Shown here: piece after piece, positions 15,926-25,458 of the stretch | Numbering within the stretch: the stretch's first letter is position 1 | How the letters are laid out: every line of letters begins with the position of its first letter | Program-made: the position numbers and the translations under genes | From: a virus | Length of the DNA: 64,000 nt | IMG/VR virus record: IMGVR_UViG_3300046534_001193 | Coordinates: 1 to 64,000 of that record | Strand: one strand, 5' to 3' | The notes under the pieces: model-generated | What the model was told of the DNA's origin: nothing | The model's input: the letters and a program-made list of their open reading frames with translations, nothing else | Databases searched by the model: none

Positions 15926-15954
15926 TTGACAAATGCTAAAAGTCCGATTAATAT
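15926..15954 (+). promoter_or_regulatory. rightward promoter
   Basis: TTGACA-17-TAATAT, -35 inside ACTTGTTGACAAAT dyad. Confidence 0.7.
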
Positions 15955-15999
15955 AAATCCACCAAGACAAAGTAATCGACGAAGACAGAGGAAAATACC

Positions 16000-16356
16000 A
16001 TGAAAAAAGTAGACTGCACTTTCAATTTAAGCTTCTCTACCAAGGATGCCGATAAACTCCCAGCGCCTAGACTAATGAAGCAACACTTAGAAACGGTATT
16101 TGGCCATGCATTAGATAAATACTTGGATAACCGAGACGTAGAAGGCGAGGAAGTGCATCTAATTCTAGGCGACGAGCTGACCATTGAAGATGAAGAAGAT
16201 GGAGAAGATGAAGACATGCAAGACCCATCAATATGTCCACACGGATCACTATGGTCGAGATGCAAAGAGCCTGAATGCCATGAAGAAATGTGTCGCGTAG
16301 AAGCTGAAGCGTATTGCCCTCACGGTACTTTAGCTGGCTGCCCTAAGTGTTCTTAA
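16000..16356 (+). CDS. acidic protein with two CPHG..C..C Zn-binding repeats
   Basis: GAGG RBS; CPHGSLWSRC, CPHGTLAGCPKC. Confidence 0.8.
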   Translation: MKKVDCTFNLSFSTKDADKLPAPRLMKQHLETVFGHALDKYLDNRDVEGEEVHLILGDELTIEDEEDGEDEDMQDPSICPHGSLWSRCKEPECHEEMCRVEAEAYCPHGTLAGCPKCS

Positions 16357-16369
16357 CTAGGAAAATAAA

Positions 16370-16618
16370 ATGATCAAATTGAATGAACAAGAAGTATCGA
16401 TTTTAGGTATGCCGTGTTTCAGATGTGCAGGCATAGCAAAACTGCTAATAGAAGCAGAAGTTTACGAAAATAAAGCCCAAAAAGCGGAATATGAACAGGC
16501 TGTTTTCATGCATTGGGCTATGACCTTGTACAAAGAGCACGGCGAAAATTGGAGGGAGGAAGCTTCAAAAATTTTAAAAGTTTACGGTAACAAAACTCAA
16601 CCAGGAAAAATAAAATGA
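16370..16618 (+). CDS. hypothetical protein
   Basis: ORF, AGGA RBS. Confidence 0.75.
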   Translation: MIKLNEQEVSILGMPCFRCAGIAKLLIEAEVYENKAQKAEYEQAVFMHWAMTLYKEHGENWREEASKILKVYGNKTQPGKIK

Positions 16619-17388
16619 TAACTACCGACCAATTATACGAAGTAAACAAGCTATATGCAGTCAGAAAAGACCACACCAACTTTTTAGACAGCTTAGACCC
16701 CAAATATCTCAAACGTAAAGTTGGGATTGTTGATGCAAACACCGCTGAACCGAAGATTACCGACGAATCCGTCTATTTTCACAGGTATTTTGAAGACCTC
16801 GAAGCCGAACTAACCGAAGTAGTCAAAGCTAAGCTAGTTGCAGAAATAGCTAAAATAAACCTAAAAATAGCCGTTTACATAGGCGATGAGCCGGTTGTTG
16901 ACTATGAATCAGCCTTACGCAGCCAAAATTTAAAAGAACTTGCAGAAGATCGTATTATTCGCACGACTAGTGCCCAAGACGCCTTAAAGCAGAGCAATCT
17001 TCGCTGGGTACGCCTTGAAAACGGTAATTGGACGCGGCTGCCTGAAGATGAGGCTGCTGCCACACCTAAAGAAGAGGCAATCGACGAGCCTGATAAGAAG
17101 CCAAAGTCTGTTACTCACAAATGGGAGCAGTTTGAAGCTTCTGGCCCGCCATTGCCTGTATTCTTCACGGAAGACATGGCAATCGAGCCGCCTAGTTTTG
17201 CTACTACGGTCGACGGTTCTATCTATGTAGGCCCTACTAACCCGTTTGCTTTGTCTGGAGTCACTAACAACCCTACAAAATCGAATAGCGAGCCACAATT
17301 GTCTAGCTCGTACACGCCAAGTGCTGAAAAGATGGCCAGTTTTGACACTGTGAGCGATGTTGATCTTATATGGCCAGAAGACGAATAA
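16615..17388 (+). CDS. hypothetical protein
   Basis: ORF, ATGA overlap. Confidence 0.75.
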   Translation: MITTDQLYEVNKLYAVRKDHTNFLDSLDPKYLKRKVGIVDANTAEPKITDESVYFHRYFEDLEAELTEVVKAKLVAEIAKINLKIAVYIGDEPVVDYESALRSQNLKELAEDRIIRTTSAQDALKQSNLRWVRLENGNWTRLPEDEAAATPKEEAIDEPDKKPKSVTHKWEQFEASGPPLPVFFTEDMAIEPPSFATTVDGSIYVGPTNPFALSGVTNNPTKSNSEPQLSSSYTPSAEKMASFDTVSDVDLIWPEDE

Positions 17389-17537
17389 CCACCAATAAAC
17401 TTCCCTACTAAACTAAAATGACTTACAATACAGACTATGAAAAAGATACTCCCGACAAGCACTACAATTCATCAGCCAATTCTCCCTGGAGGTGATCTTC
17501 TGTAAGTAGTAAGACCTATTACGACTAGAAGAAAATT

Positions 17538-17569
17538 AGCCTCCACTGCGCAAGTATTGGAGGCTTTTT
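17538..17569 (+). terminator. rho-independent terminator
   Basis: AGCCTCCA...TGGAGGCT + TTTT. Confidence 0.75.
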
Positions 17570-17583
17570 CATGTGTAAAATAT

Positions 17584-17660
17584 CTGAGTGTAGGCTAGTT
17601 TGGTAAGTCACCTGTCTTGGACACTGGAGATCGTCGGTTCGAGTCCGACCACTCAGACCA
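17584..17660 (+). tRNA. tRNA-Pro(TGG)
   Basis: Acceptor CTGAGTG/CACTCAG, anticodon loop CTTGGAC, GGTTCGAGTCC T arm, encoded CCA. Confidence 0.93.
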
Positions 17661-17673
17661 ATTTCAAAGTAGA

Positions 17674-17756
17674 GCGCGGCTGGTTAATGCAAATTGGCAC
17701 AGCTACTAGATTTAGAATCTAGACCATTCTTGGTTCGAGTCCGAGGCCGCGTACCA
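17674..17756 (+). tRNA. tRNA-Leu(TAG), atypical (short variable loop, enlarged D arm)
   Basis: Acceptor GCGCGGC/GCCGCGT, anticodon arm CTAGA-TTTAGAA-TCTAG, T arm, A73, CCA. Confidence 0.85.
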
Positions 17757-17816
17757 ACCTTTTGACAAAGCTCACTTTCCCCGCTAGACTACAGGAAACC
17801 TTTAATGAGCTAGATT

Positions 17817-18236
17817 GTGACTAACCCTTTTGAAGACGCCGCCAATGCCCAGCCCTTTTACGACCCTAAGATTGGGGAAGACGGTGAAAGGTTGTACACT
17901 GAGAAAGATTACGCGGACGCTAAGAAAAATCGCATAGATGCGGCTATCACCCTCGATCTCCGTGATCTGGTAGAGGGAGTTGCGCATCAGCTCAATGCCA
18001 TACAGCAGCATTACTTTTTACCTAGCGGTAAGCCTAAGGAGACGACCGATGCGTCAGCTATCAGCAGCTATATGCGCACGAACTTGCAGCTTTTAGGTAT
18101 GTTGCAGAAATTTGAAGACGCATTATCCACCGATGCGGATGTCCGTAAGATTGAAATAGCCTTAGAAATGACCTTTGAGGACATGCAAGTGCCCGATTTT
18201 CAAGAAACTTTTAAAAAATACTTAGAGCAGCAGTAA
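17817..18236 (+). CDS. putative terminase small subunit
   Basis: Helical protein positioned upstream of TerL; position-based call. Confidence 0.45.
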   Translation: MTNPFEDAANAQPFYDPKIGEDGERLYTEKDYADAKKNRIDAAITLDLRDLVEGVAHQLNAIQQHYFLPSGKPKETTDASAISSYMRTNLQLLGMLQKFEDALSTDADVRKIEIALEMTFEDMQVPDFQETFKKYLEQQ

Positions 18237-18451
18237 TGAAGAATTACAAAATAGGATCTGAGATTTTATCGCTGTCTGGTTGGGCTGATAAAATGGGTGT
18301 TTCCCGAGCCGGAATGTCGAAGCGGATAGCCAAACTTGAAAGAGATACGTCCCTGTCTGAGCGAGAAAAGGAACGCCAAATAAATAAAGAGCTGCAGCGG
18401 CCTAAGAGTCAGGGCAGACGGGCGGATACTAACGCCTCAAGTGCTAAATAG
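18236..18451 (+). CDS. small HTH DNA-binding protein
   Basis: SLSGWADKMGVSRAGMSKRI helix-turn-helix pattern. Confidence 0.7.
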   Translation: MKNYKIGSEILSLSGWADKMGVSRAGMSKRIAKLERDTSLSEREKERQINKELQRPKSQGRRADTNASSAK

Positions 18452-20200
18452 ATGGCCTTATCACCCAAGTTGCAAGGATTCTCTGATCGAGTAGCCGCTA
18501 TCGCCGACAGATCCACAGCAATGACTCGATTGTCTGAATGGATGCAGAAAAACCTTAGGCTAAACGGCCGGCCGTACAATTTTAACAAGCACGAGATGCA
18601 ACGAGCTATTGCGGAAGACCAGCACCCGCACAAAGCGGTTAAGAAGTGCTCACAGGTTGGGCTTACTGAGCTATCGCTTAGAACAGCTGCAGCGTTGGCA
18701 GCGGTTACTCGTTCTCGCATAATCTATGTGTTTCCTTCAGCTACTTTCTCTCAAAAAGTGTCAGCTGACCGTTTTTTACCTATTGTTAAGGATTCTCCAA
18801 CGCTTTCGGCTATGCAGCACAATGAGGTTAAGTCCTCAGCGATGCGCAAACTAGGCAATAGCACAGTTTACTTCGTAGGTGCCTCAGGCACGACTCAGGC
18901 AATATCAATACCGGCCACTCATCTAATAATTGACGAAGAAGACTTCTGCGATATGGTTGTGCTTGGGCAGTTTAACGCTCGTCTTCGACATGCAGAAGAA
19001 GACCCAAAAACAGGGCTTAGGGGCGTCCGTCAGCGGTTCTCTACGCCGACTATTCCTAACTACGGCGTCAGCAGGCATTTTAATAACTCTGACCAGAAAT
19101 CGTACACTGTGAAGTGCTCAAAGTGCAATACGACTCAGGTTCCAGATTATTACAACGACTTCGTAGTGCCTGGCTATGATGGTGCCATGGCTATGTTTGG
19201 TAAGGCCGATTTAAATAACCCTAAATTCCAAGTGGATAAGACTTATATCAAGTGCAATAAATGTGGTCAAGACTTGTGGAAAGATTTAATCGATCCGTCT
19301 AGGCGGGCGTGGGTGGCTAAATACCCTGACCGAATAATGATGTCTGGTTACCAAGTATCACCGATCGACGTGCCTGAGTATAACAAGGCTGCTGCCATAG
19401 TTAGGCAGTTGGAAGATTTTACTACTCAAGACCATAGAAACTTTGTCTTAGGCAAAGAGCACGAAGATACCAACAATTCTTTCTTGCAGTCGGTATTTAA
19501 GAACTGCACTGACGCTTTATTTCTATCATTGTCGGAGGCTAAGCAAACTACTTTATCAGGCATAATAATGGGAGTCGACATTGGCAAAGTGTCTCATTAC
19601 ATGATAGGTAAACGGCCAGAAGTAGGTGGTAAGCGTATTGACATAATTGCTATTGGAACGATATCGATTAATAACGGTACGTTGGCCGAGCAGCTTCAAG
19701 TGCTTATAGATGGCTACAATATTCATTTGACAGTATTGGATGCGGGGCCAGATTTTAGTACGCCTCAGACTTTGATAGCCGATAACTTGCATGGCTCTGT
19801 GTATGGCTGTGAGTATTACCGTAAGGTGTCGGCTTCTTACAGCAACGTTATGCCAGACCCTGAAACAGGCGTAGTCAAGGCTGACCGCTCAGGCACCTTA
19901 ACGGATGCTATGAGGGCGCACAACTCTGGTCATTTTCGTTATCCTGCGGCGCAAGTCGAAGAAGTCAAAGAAGTTAAATTACACTTGGAAGAGACTAAGA
20001 AAGTCACCAAGGTTGGCGAGATGGGTGATTCTTCTAGTTTCCCCAAAACAGGCAAAGCCGACCACTACGCGCATGCGCTTAACTACCTAAAGATCGCGGA
20101 TGAAATTGCGCATGAGCACTCTACAAACTTGAAAGGTGTACCCGCCATGCCTAGTATCACTTGCGTAGTGATCGGCAGCGGAAGAGCCAAGCGCTCTTGA
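18452..20200 (+). CDS. terL: terminase large subunit (lambda GpA-like)
   Basis: KCSQVGLTE Walker A, LIIDEED Walker B, STPT coupling motif, CxxC pairs, MGVDIG nuclease, DHYAHALNY. Confidence 0.93.
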   Translation: MALSPKLQGFSDRVAAIADRSTAMTRLSEWMQKNLRLNGRPYNFNKHEMQRAIAEDQHPHKAVKKCSQVGLTELSLRTAAALAAVTRSRIIYVFPSATFSQKVSADRFLPIVKDSPTLSAMQHNEVKSSAMRKLGNSTVYFVGASGTTQAISIPATHLIIDEEDFCDMVVLGQFNARLRHAEEDPKTGLRGVRQRFSTPTIPNYGVSRHFNNSDQKSYTVKCSKCNTTQVPDYYNDFVVPGYDGAMAMFGKADLNNPKFQVDKTYIKCNKCGQDLWKDLIDPSRRAWVAKYPDRIMMSGYQVSPIDVPEYNKAAAIVRQLEDFTTQDHRNFVLGKEHEDTNNSFLQSVFKNCTDALFLSLSEAKQTTLSGIIMGVDIGKVSHYMIGKRPEVGGKRIDIIAIGTISINNGTLAEQLQVLIDGYNIHLTVLDAGPDFSTPQTLIADNLHGSVYGCEYYRKVSASYSNVMPDPETGVVKADRSGTLTDAMRAHNSGHFRYPAAQVEEVKEVKLHLEETKKVTKVGEMGDSSSFPKTGKADHYAHALNYLKIADEIAHEHSTNLKGVPAMPSITCVVIGSGRAKRS

Positions 20201-20253
20201 CTTTAGGCGCTCAGTAATTGATCATACTAACAATTCGCTTACCTGACAGATAA

Positions 20254-21717
20254 ATGCCTACTAAGCCATCCAAAGCCAATCCGATAGTTCTCCCGAAGTT
20301 GACTAGCACAGTCAAGTCGAGAACTGTCGAGTCGAAAACGCCTAAAGATGCGTTAATCCCTAATCAGCAGAACCATTACTCTACCCGTGATCCAAAGACG
20401 TTACGCGCGCAAGGGTTAGTTACCGAAGCAATCAGGGTTCTGTCGAAAGAGAACGGCAATTTAAGTACCTCTGTTTACAACATGGTGCAGGTAGCTGACT
20501 CGGGGTGGAAAGTGGCAGCTTACTTGCCTAGCACTTCCGAATTCTCAGAAGAAGGCACGATGCTGGCTAAGAACGTGATAGCTTCGATGGATACCCTTCA
20601 TGACTATACTGAGGGTTTCGGTAGGAAGCGGCCTATCCCTATGGTTGTCCAAACGTTGCTAAGGGAAAACATTCTTACAGCTGGCTGTGCTATCGAGTTA
20701 GTTTTAGACGAAGGTTTGTATCCTGACCGGCTCCAAGTAGTTGACTATTCAACTTTAAAGTGGGCGTCGGATGGTAAAGGGTCTAGGTATCCTGTTCAGA
20801 CAGGGTTTGAGAGCGGCGCATTTGGTGGCGACCCAGGTATCGATATCCCACTTGATATTGCGACTTTCTATGCCGAGACTTTGCACTTGGAAGCTGACAC
20901 AGCCTACGGCACATCAATACTTCGGGCTGCCTTAGATTCGTCATTTGCGTCTTCTGAATTTATAGCCGACATGCGCAGAAGCTTGTTTAAGTCAGGCCAC
21001 TCGCGGCTAACTGCTACCTTAGACACAGCTCGAATTGCGGCAACGGCTACGGCGGAAGTAAAAAAAGATCCGGTTAAACTGGCGACGTATTTGAACACAG
21101 TCAAAGGTGAAGTGGAAACAGCCTTAGCAGATATGTCGCCGGAAGACTCAGTTGTGGCTTTTGATACTGTCGAGTTCAAGACTGAGGACATAGGCGGCAC
21201 AAAGTCGGATTACACCGGTTTGCTGGCGGCCATAAACAACCAAGAAGCGACGGCTCTTAAGACTCCGCCTTCTATACTTGGCATGCGCTCGGCGGGCTCA
21301 CAGAGCTTGTCTAATTCAGAAACCCTCATATTCCTTAAAGGTGCAGCAGCGATACAGACGCCGGTCGAGTCAATACTTAGCCGAGCTTTGACGACTGCAG
21401 TGAGACTTTACGGTAGTGACGTCTACGTCAAGTTTAAGTTCAATCCAATAGATCTTCGGCCTGAGTCTGAGCTAGAAGCTTTCCACACTATGAAGGAAAC
21501 TCGCTTTCTTACGCGTTTGAGTCTTGGCATTATCACCGATGCACAGTTTTGTTACGAGATGGATATTCCGTATAATCCTGCGGCGCCTAAGCTGTCAGGA
21601 ACTAACTTTCAAGCTAGCGGTGGCAGTCAGTCTACGCAGACTACTCGCGGTCCTATGGAAGACAATTTGCAGCCAGGCAGCGACATACCGCGCAATGGCG
21701 GAGGTAGCAGCCAATGA
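20254..21717 (+). CDS. portal protein
   Basis: 487 aa between TerL and protease; P..ILG motif. Confidence 0.8.
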   Translation: MPTKPSKANPIVLPKLTSTVKSRTVESKTPKDALIPNQQNHYSTRDPKTLRAQGLVTEAIRVLSKENGNLSTSVYNMVQVADSGWKVAAYLPSTSEFSEEGTMLAKNVIASMDTLHDYTEGFGRKRPIPMVVQTLLRENILTAGCAIELVLDEGLYPDRLQVVDYSTLKWASDGKGSRYPVQTGFESGAFGGDPGIDIPLDIATFYAETLHLEADTAYGTSILRAALDSSFASSEFIADMRRSLFKSGHSRLTATLDTARIAATATAEVKKDPVKLATYLNTVKGEVETALADMSPEDSVVAFDTVEFKTEDIGGTKSDYTGLLAAINNQEATALKTPPSILGMRSAGSQSLSNSETLIFLKGAAAIQTPVESILSRALTTAVRLYGSDVYVKFKFNPIDLRPESELEAFHTMKETRFLTRLSLGIITDAQFCYEMDIPYNPAAPKLSGTNFQASGGSQSTQTTRGPMEDNLQPGSDIPRNGGGSSQ

Positions 21718-21759
21718 TAAAAACTTGCAGAAACCACACTAACTTGGTAAATTACCGTT

Positions 21760-23274
21760 ATGCTTAACCAATTTAACCACAATAACGCCTCTTTCTGGCT
21801 TGGCACTCCCGCCAGTTACGAGACAGTTATCTCTGCCCAAGCAAAAATTCAAGAGCATTCAGCGCGAGGCCATTACGACGAAGACGAAGATAAAATGTCT
21901 TCACCGATCTTGTCTATATCTGAAGGTATAGCAACAGTAATGGTTCACGGCTCTCTGACTTCTGAAGACAGCTTTTACAACCAGATGTTCGGCATTACTT
22001 CTTACAACGAGATTAGAAACGCTATTATAGAAGCCGTTGGCTCTATGGAAGTCAGTCGTATTGTTTTGGACATTGACTCACCTGGCGGATCAGCCAAAGG
22101 TATCGATGACTTAGGCGACTTCATAAAGTTTGCTAGTGCACGCTTACCAATTGTAGCGCACGTATCGGGCGAGGCTTTATCGGCAGCTTGCTGGATAGCG
22201 ACTTCTTGTGACAGCATCACTGGTTCACGTATGTCGCAGCATGGCAGCATAGGCGTTATAGCAGTATTGCAAGAAATTACTAAGATGGCGGAAGACCAAG
22301 GTGTTAAATTCCACGTTTTTCGTGCGGGCAAGTACAAGGCGATCGGAAGTCCTTACGAAGAATTGACTGATGAGTTTCGAGAGATTATACAAGCTCAAGT
22401 CGACACTATCGAAGGCTTCTTTTTAGATGCTATTTCAGATAATAGGGGCATCCCTCGCGGTTCGGTCAAAGCCCGAGTCGGCGAAGGTTTAACGTTTTTT
22501 GCTGCAGAAGCAGTGGACAAGGGGCTATTAGACGAAGTATTATCCATACAGGACTTGCTTACTAGACTAATAAGCCTGTCAAATTCAAACCCGAGAGGGC
22601 TAAATGCATCTACCGAGGAAACATCAATGGCCACTAAAGCCTTAACTGCAAAAGCTTCAGCTGCATTGGCCGCTGGTGCATCCGATGAAGAAATCAACGC
22701 ACTTCTTTCCGCTGCTAGCGAAGAAGAACTTACTGCTGAGCAGATCGCCGCTAATCTGGCTGCTGCCAAGTTAGAAGGTGAAGGCGCAGGTGAAGAACTT
22801 ACTGCTGAGCAGATCGCCGCTAATCTGGTCGTCGAAGGTAAAGGCGTAGAACTTACCGCTGAAGAGTTGGAAATTAAAGCTGCGGCAGATCTAGCCGCAG
22901 CTCCCACCGCTCCAGTCGTAGATCATTTGGTCACTTATCTTAAAGAAGAAAACCAAACACTCCGGCAAAAAATTACAGGCTTAGAGTCTGACAGTTTGAA
23001 ACTTGCGGAACTAAATACAATGATTCCTCAGCTGAAAGCTGCGCTTGGCGAATACGTCTCAGGCATGTCGGTCCGCTTAGGTGGATCGCATTTGGACACT
23101 TCTTCGTTGGAACTTCCTTCTCTGATGGCGCAATACACTAGCACTCGAACGGCTATGTTAAAGCGTTATCCTGTCGGTGGACAAGCCAACGTCGACGATT
23201 CAGAGTCAGATAGCTCTGATGCTGACACTGCAACCGTTACTTACATGCGTTCTGTTAAACAGAACACTATCTAA
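21760..23274 (+). CDS. S49 (SppA-like) prohead protease with C-terminal scaffold
   Basis: LDIDSPGG, ALSAACWIA, GSIGV, AGKYK; acidic Ala-rich C-terminus. Confidence 0.9.
   Translation: MLNQFNHNNASFWLGTPASYETVISAQAKIQEHSARGHYDEDEDKMSSPILSISEGIATVMVHGSLTSEDSFYNQMFGITSYNEIRNAIIEAVGSMEVSRIVLDIDSPGGSAKGIDDLGDFIKFASARLPIVAHVSGEALSAACWIATSCDSITGSRMSQHGSIGVIAVLQEITKMAEDQGVKFHVFRAGKYKAIGSPYEELTDEFREIIQAQVDTIEGFFLDAISDNRGIPRGSVKARVGEGLTFFAAEAVDKGLLDEVLSIQDLLTRLISLSNSNPRGLNASTEETSMATKALTAKASAALAAGASDEEINALLSAASEEELTAEQIAANLAAAKLEGEGAGEELTAEQIAANLVVEGKGVELTAEELEIKAAADLAAAPTAPVVDHLVTYLKEENQTLRQKITGLESDSLKLAELNTMIPQLKAALGEYVSGMSVRLGGSHLDTSSLELPSLMAQYTSTRTAMLKRYPVGGQANVDDSESDSSDADTATVTYMRSVKQNTI
22627..23274 (+). 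CDS. nested in-frame scaffolding protein (lambda Nu3-like)
   Basis: GAGGA RBS before in-frame ATG 22627; 69-bp-period repeat EELTAEQIAANL. Confidence 0.6.
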   Translation: MATKALTAKASAALAAGASDEEINALLSAASEEELTAEQIAANLAAAKLEGEGAGEELTAEQIAANLVVEGKGVELTAEELEIKAAADLAAAPTAPVVDHLVTYLKEENQTLRQKITGLESDSLKLAELNTMIPQLKAALGEYVSGMSVRLGGSHLDTSSLELPSLMAQYTSTRTAMLKRYPVGGQANVDDSESDSSDADTATVTYMRSVKQNTI

Positions 23275-23306
23275 CCTACTGTTTAATTTAACGAGGACAC
23301 TCTATT

Positions 23307-23771
23307 ATGGGCACTACAATTCAAGAACGGACAATGACAGTCGATACCAAATTTATGGGTATCGTTACTGATAAGCTGGGCACTACTGCGGGCGATTACA
23401 CTGATAAAGAGCTAGGCAAAGGCGTCAAGATGGCAGCCAACGCTTACGTACCTGTGGTTGCAGGCGACGAAATCGAAGGCATTGTTAATACCGTTGAGCC
23501 TGGCACTAAAAATTCTGGTTACAACTGGGGCGGCGTACAAACTACAGGCCGCGCAGAAGCTACTGTTGGTGCCAACCAAGTTACCACTATCAACATTGGA
23601 AATTTTGTCCTCAATGACACTCCTATAGATGCTGGCACTGCCGGCTTAATCCAGGTTTACGACGAGGATGGCGATGGTGCTGCTGCACCGACTAAGTTCC
23701 TTTGGCGCGTTATTAGAATTCTTACTGGCACGGGTATTGCCGGTGATAAAGTTCTGATCGAACGCGCTTAA
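23307..23771 (+). CDS. head decoration protein
   Basis: 154 aa between protease and capsid; beta-rich. Confidence 0.65.
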   Translation: MGTTIQERTMTVDTKFMGIVTDKLGTTAGDYTDKELGKGVKMAANAYVPVVAGDEIEGIVNTVEPGTKNSGYNWGGVQTTGRAEATVGANQVTTINIGNFVLNDTPIDAGTAGLIQVYDEDGDGAAAPTKFLWRVIRILTGTGIAGDKVLIERA

Positions 23772-23808
23772 ACCAGCCATTCAACTTTAATAATTCTGGA
23801 GAACCAAC

Positions 23809-24999
23809 ATGTCATACGATACAAAATTTAAATTTACAGACCTTAACGGCAAACTACAGGAAGGCGGAATTACTGTCCAATCTTACGCAGAGGCTGCCGC
23901 TAAAGGGTTGAGTTTGTCCCAGCACATGGCTCAGAAGTTCCCGACCGACGAAACTAAGTATGGGCCTATTTTGGCACAAGCCATGGCTTCAATTGGTTTA
24001 AATGTACGTCCTGACAATGTTACCGGTGTTCCTTCCACCAAGTTGTCTAGCGCTTTTTCAATGAATCTGGGTGCAATTACGTCTCCTGACGGCACCGGAA
24101 ATGGCACACCTGCGGGGCGTTTGTTCTTTCCTGAGGTAATCCTGCAAAGTATTGCAAAGGAATTGACGGAAGACAAAGGTGACTTTTTTGCTGGCTACGA
24201 AAGTTTGCTGAGTGGCAGCGAGAGCGTTAACGCGCCTGAGTTTAAGCGGGTGCGAATTGACAACACTGCACCTGAAGCTTCGGCGTCTATGGCAACATCT
24301 CAGTTGGCTGAACCTTCCGTCATGGTAAAAGTGACAGCAGCTGATACTACCACACCGATTCCGACCAAAGGTATTGGCTTGCTAGTTTCTGACCAGGCTT
24401 TACAGCATACCAGCTTCGATCTTGTCAACACGATTATGATGGCTCAAGCTCGAGGCGAGCGAATTCGCATGGTAGAAGACCAGCTTGACGACGTGTTCAA
24501 CGGTAACACTGATTTGGCCGGCATGGCTGCTTTACCTACGTTCAATGCCGACACTTTGGATGCCACTATCGCTGCTGACGGTGTTCTTACCCAGAAAGCG
24601 TGGATTCACTTTCTCCGCCAGAATTATCAGAAGATGACAGTGACAAACATCGTTTGTACGCTTAACACTGCGCTAGCGATTGAAGGCCGTACCAATAAGC
24701 CTACCAACGTGGTGGATGATCCTAACAGTCCTCGTATTGACAGCTTATTCAACATCGACAATCTCGGCATTACTGCTCCAAGAGTTTTCTTGGTAGGCAC
24801 AAACGTTTTACCTGATAACCGAATGGTTGGTTTGGATAACGCTTACGCCTTACGTCGGTACATTAACGTCTCGGCTTCTTACGAAGCAATCGAGTCGTTC
24901 GTAATTCGTCGTGCTACAGCTTTTCGAGTAGACCATGGTGAGGCGTTAACGCGTCTTTTTGACGACGCCTTTACTGTCATGGATTTGACTGACACTTAA
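23809..24999 (+). CDS. major capsid protein
   Basis: 396 aa, position, strong RBS, followed by terminator. Confidence 0.85.
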   Translation: MSYDTKFKFTDLNGKLQEGGITVQSYAEAAAKGLSLSQHMAQKFPTDETKYGPILAQAMASIGLNVRPDNVTGVPSTKLSSAFSMNLGAITSPDGTGNGTPAGRLFFPEVILQSIAKELTEDKGDFFAGYESLLSGSESVNAPEFKRVRIDNTAPEASASMATSQLAEPSVMVKVTAADTTTPIPTKGIGLLVSDQALQHTSFDLVNTIMMAQARGERIRMVEDQLDDVFNGNTDLAGMAALPTFNADTLDATIAADGVLTQKAWIHFLRQNYQKMTVTNIVCTLNTALAIEGRTNKPTNVVDDPNSPRIDSLFNIDNLGITAPRVFLVGTNVLPDNRMVGLDNAYALRRYINVSASYEAIESFVIRRATAFRVDHGEALTRLFDDAFTVMDLTDT

Positions 25000-25021
25000 T
25001 AGAAAGTTTTATTGGTGTTTT

Positions 25022-25047
25022 AAAAAGCCGCCTTCGGGCGGCTTTTT
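25022..25047 (+). terminator. rho-independent terminator (bidirectional)
   Basis: AAAAAGCCGCC-TTCG-GGCGGCTTTTT. Confidence 0.92.
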
Positions 25048-25135
25048 ATTGTCAACAGCCGATAAAATAAAAAGTATATTTGTAAACAAGTTAGGTGTAG
25101 AGTAGAGATCTAATCGAGACAACCAAGGTGTATTT

Positions 25136-25342
25136 ATGAAACCAGTTAGCCTAGCAGAAAAATTTTCAGCGGAATCGCCAGATGACCCACGCTTCTTACG
25201 CCGACAAATTAAATCCTCAAGCTCTTATCCAGAGATTGAAAAATTCGTAGTGCGTCCTGCCAAAGTAGTTATGCTTGAACAGGACGAGTCTTTGAAGGGC
25301 GTGTTTGACGCTGCCTTTACTCTCATGCCTTTTAATGACTGA
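25136..25342 (+). CDS. 68-aa diverged copy of major capsid protein C-terminus
   Basis: Ungapped alignment to last ~50 aa of MCP; own AAGGTG RBS and ATG. Confidence 0.75.
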   Translation: MKPVSLAEKFSAESPDDPRFLRRQIKSSSSYPEIEKFVVRPAKVVMLEQDESLKGVFDAAFTLMPFND

Positions 25343-25458
25343 CACTTAACAGCGGCTTTTTATTGTCAACAAGTCAATGGACATTAACTTGTTAAGCGGT
25401 TAGTATTAGTGAGCTTATGTTCAAACACAGGCCTAACCAATTAACCAGGATAAATAAT

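Noticed and set aside
15730-15990. Lysogeny switch at the divergent promoters
   Set aside because: Flanking genes show no CI/Cro-like HTH and no integrase is seen; treated as a plain module boundary.
17674-17756. Amber suppressor tRNA or stop-codon reassignment
   Set aside because: Anticodon TAG reads CUA (Leu), not UAG; genes are intact under the standard bacterial code.
24840-25350. Diversity-generating retroelement TR/VR pair for the capsid duplicate
   Set aside because: Differences are not adenine-specific and no reverse transcriptase is present in the window.
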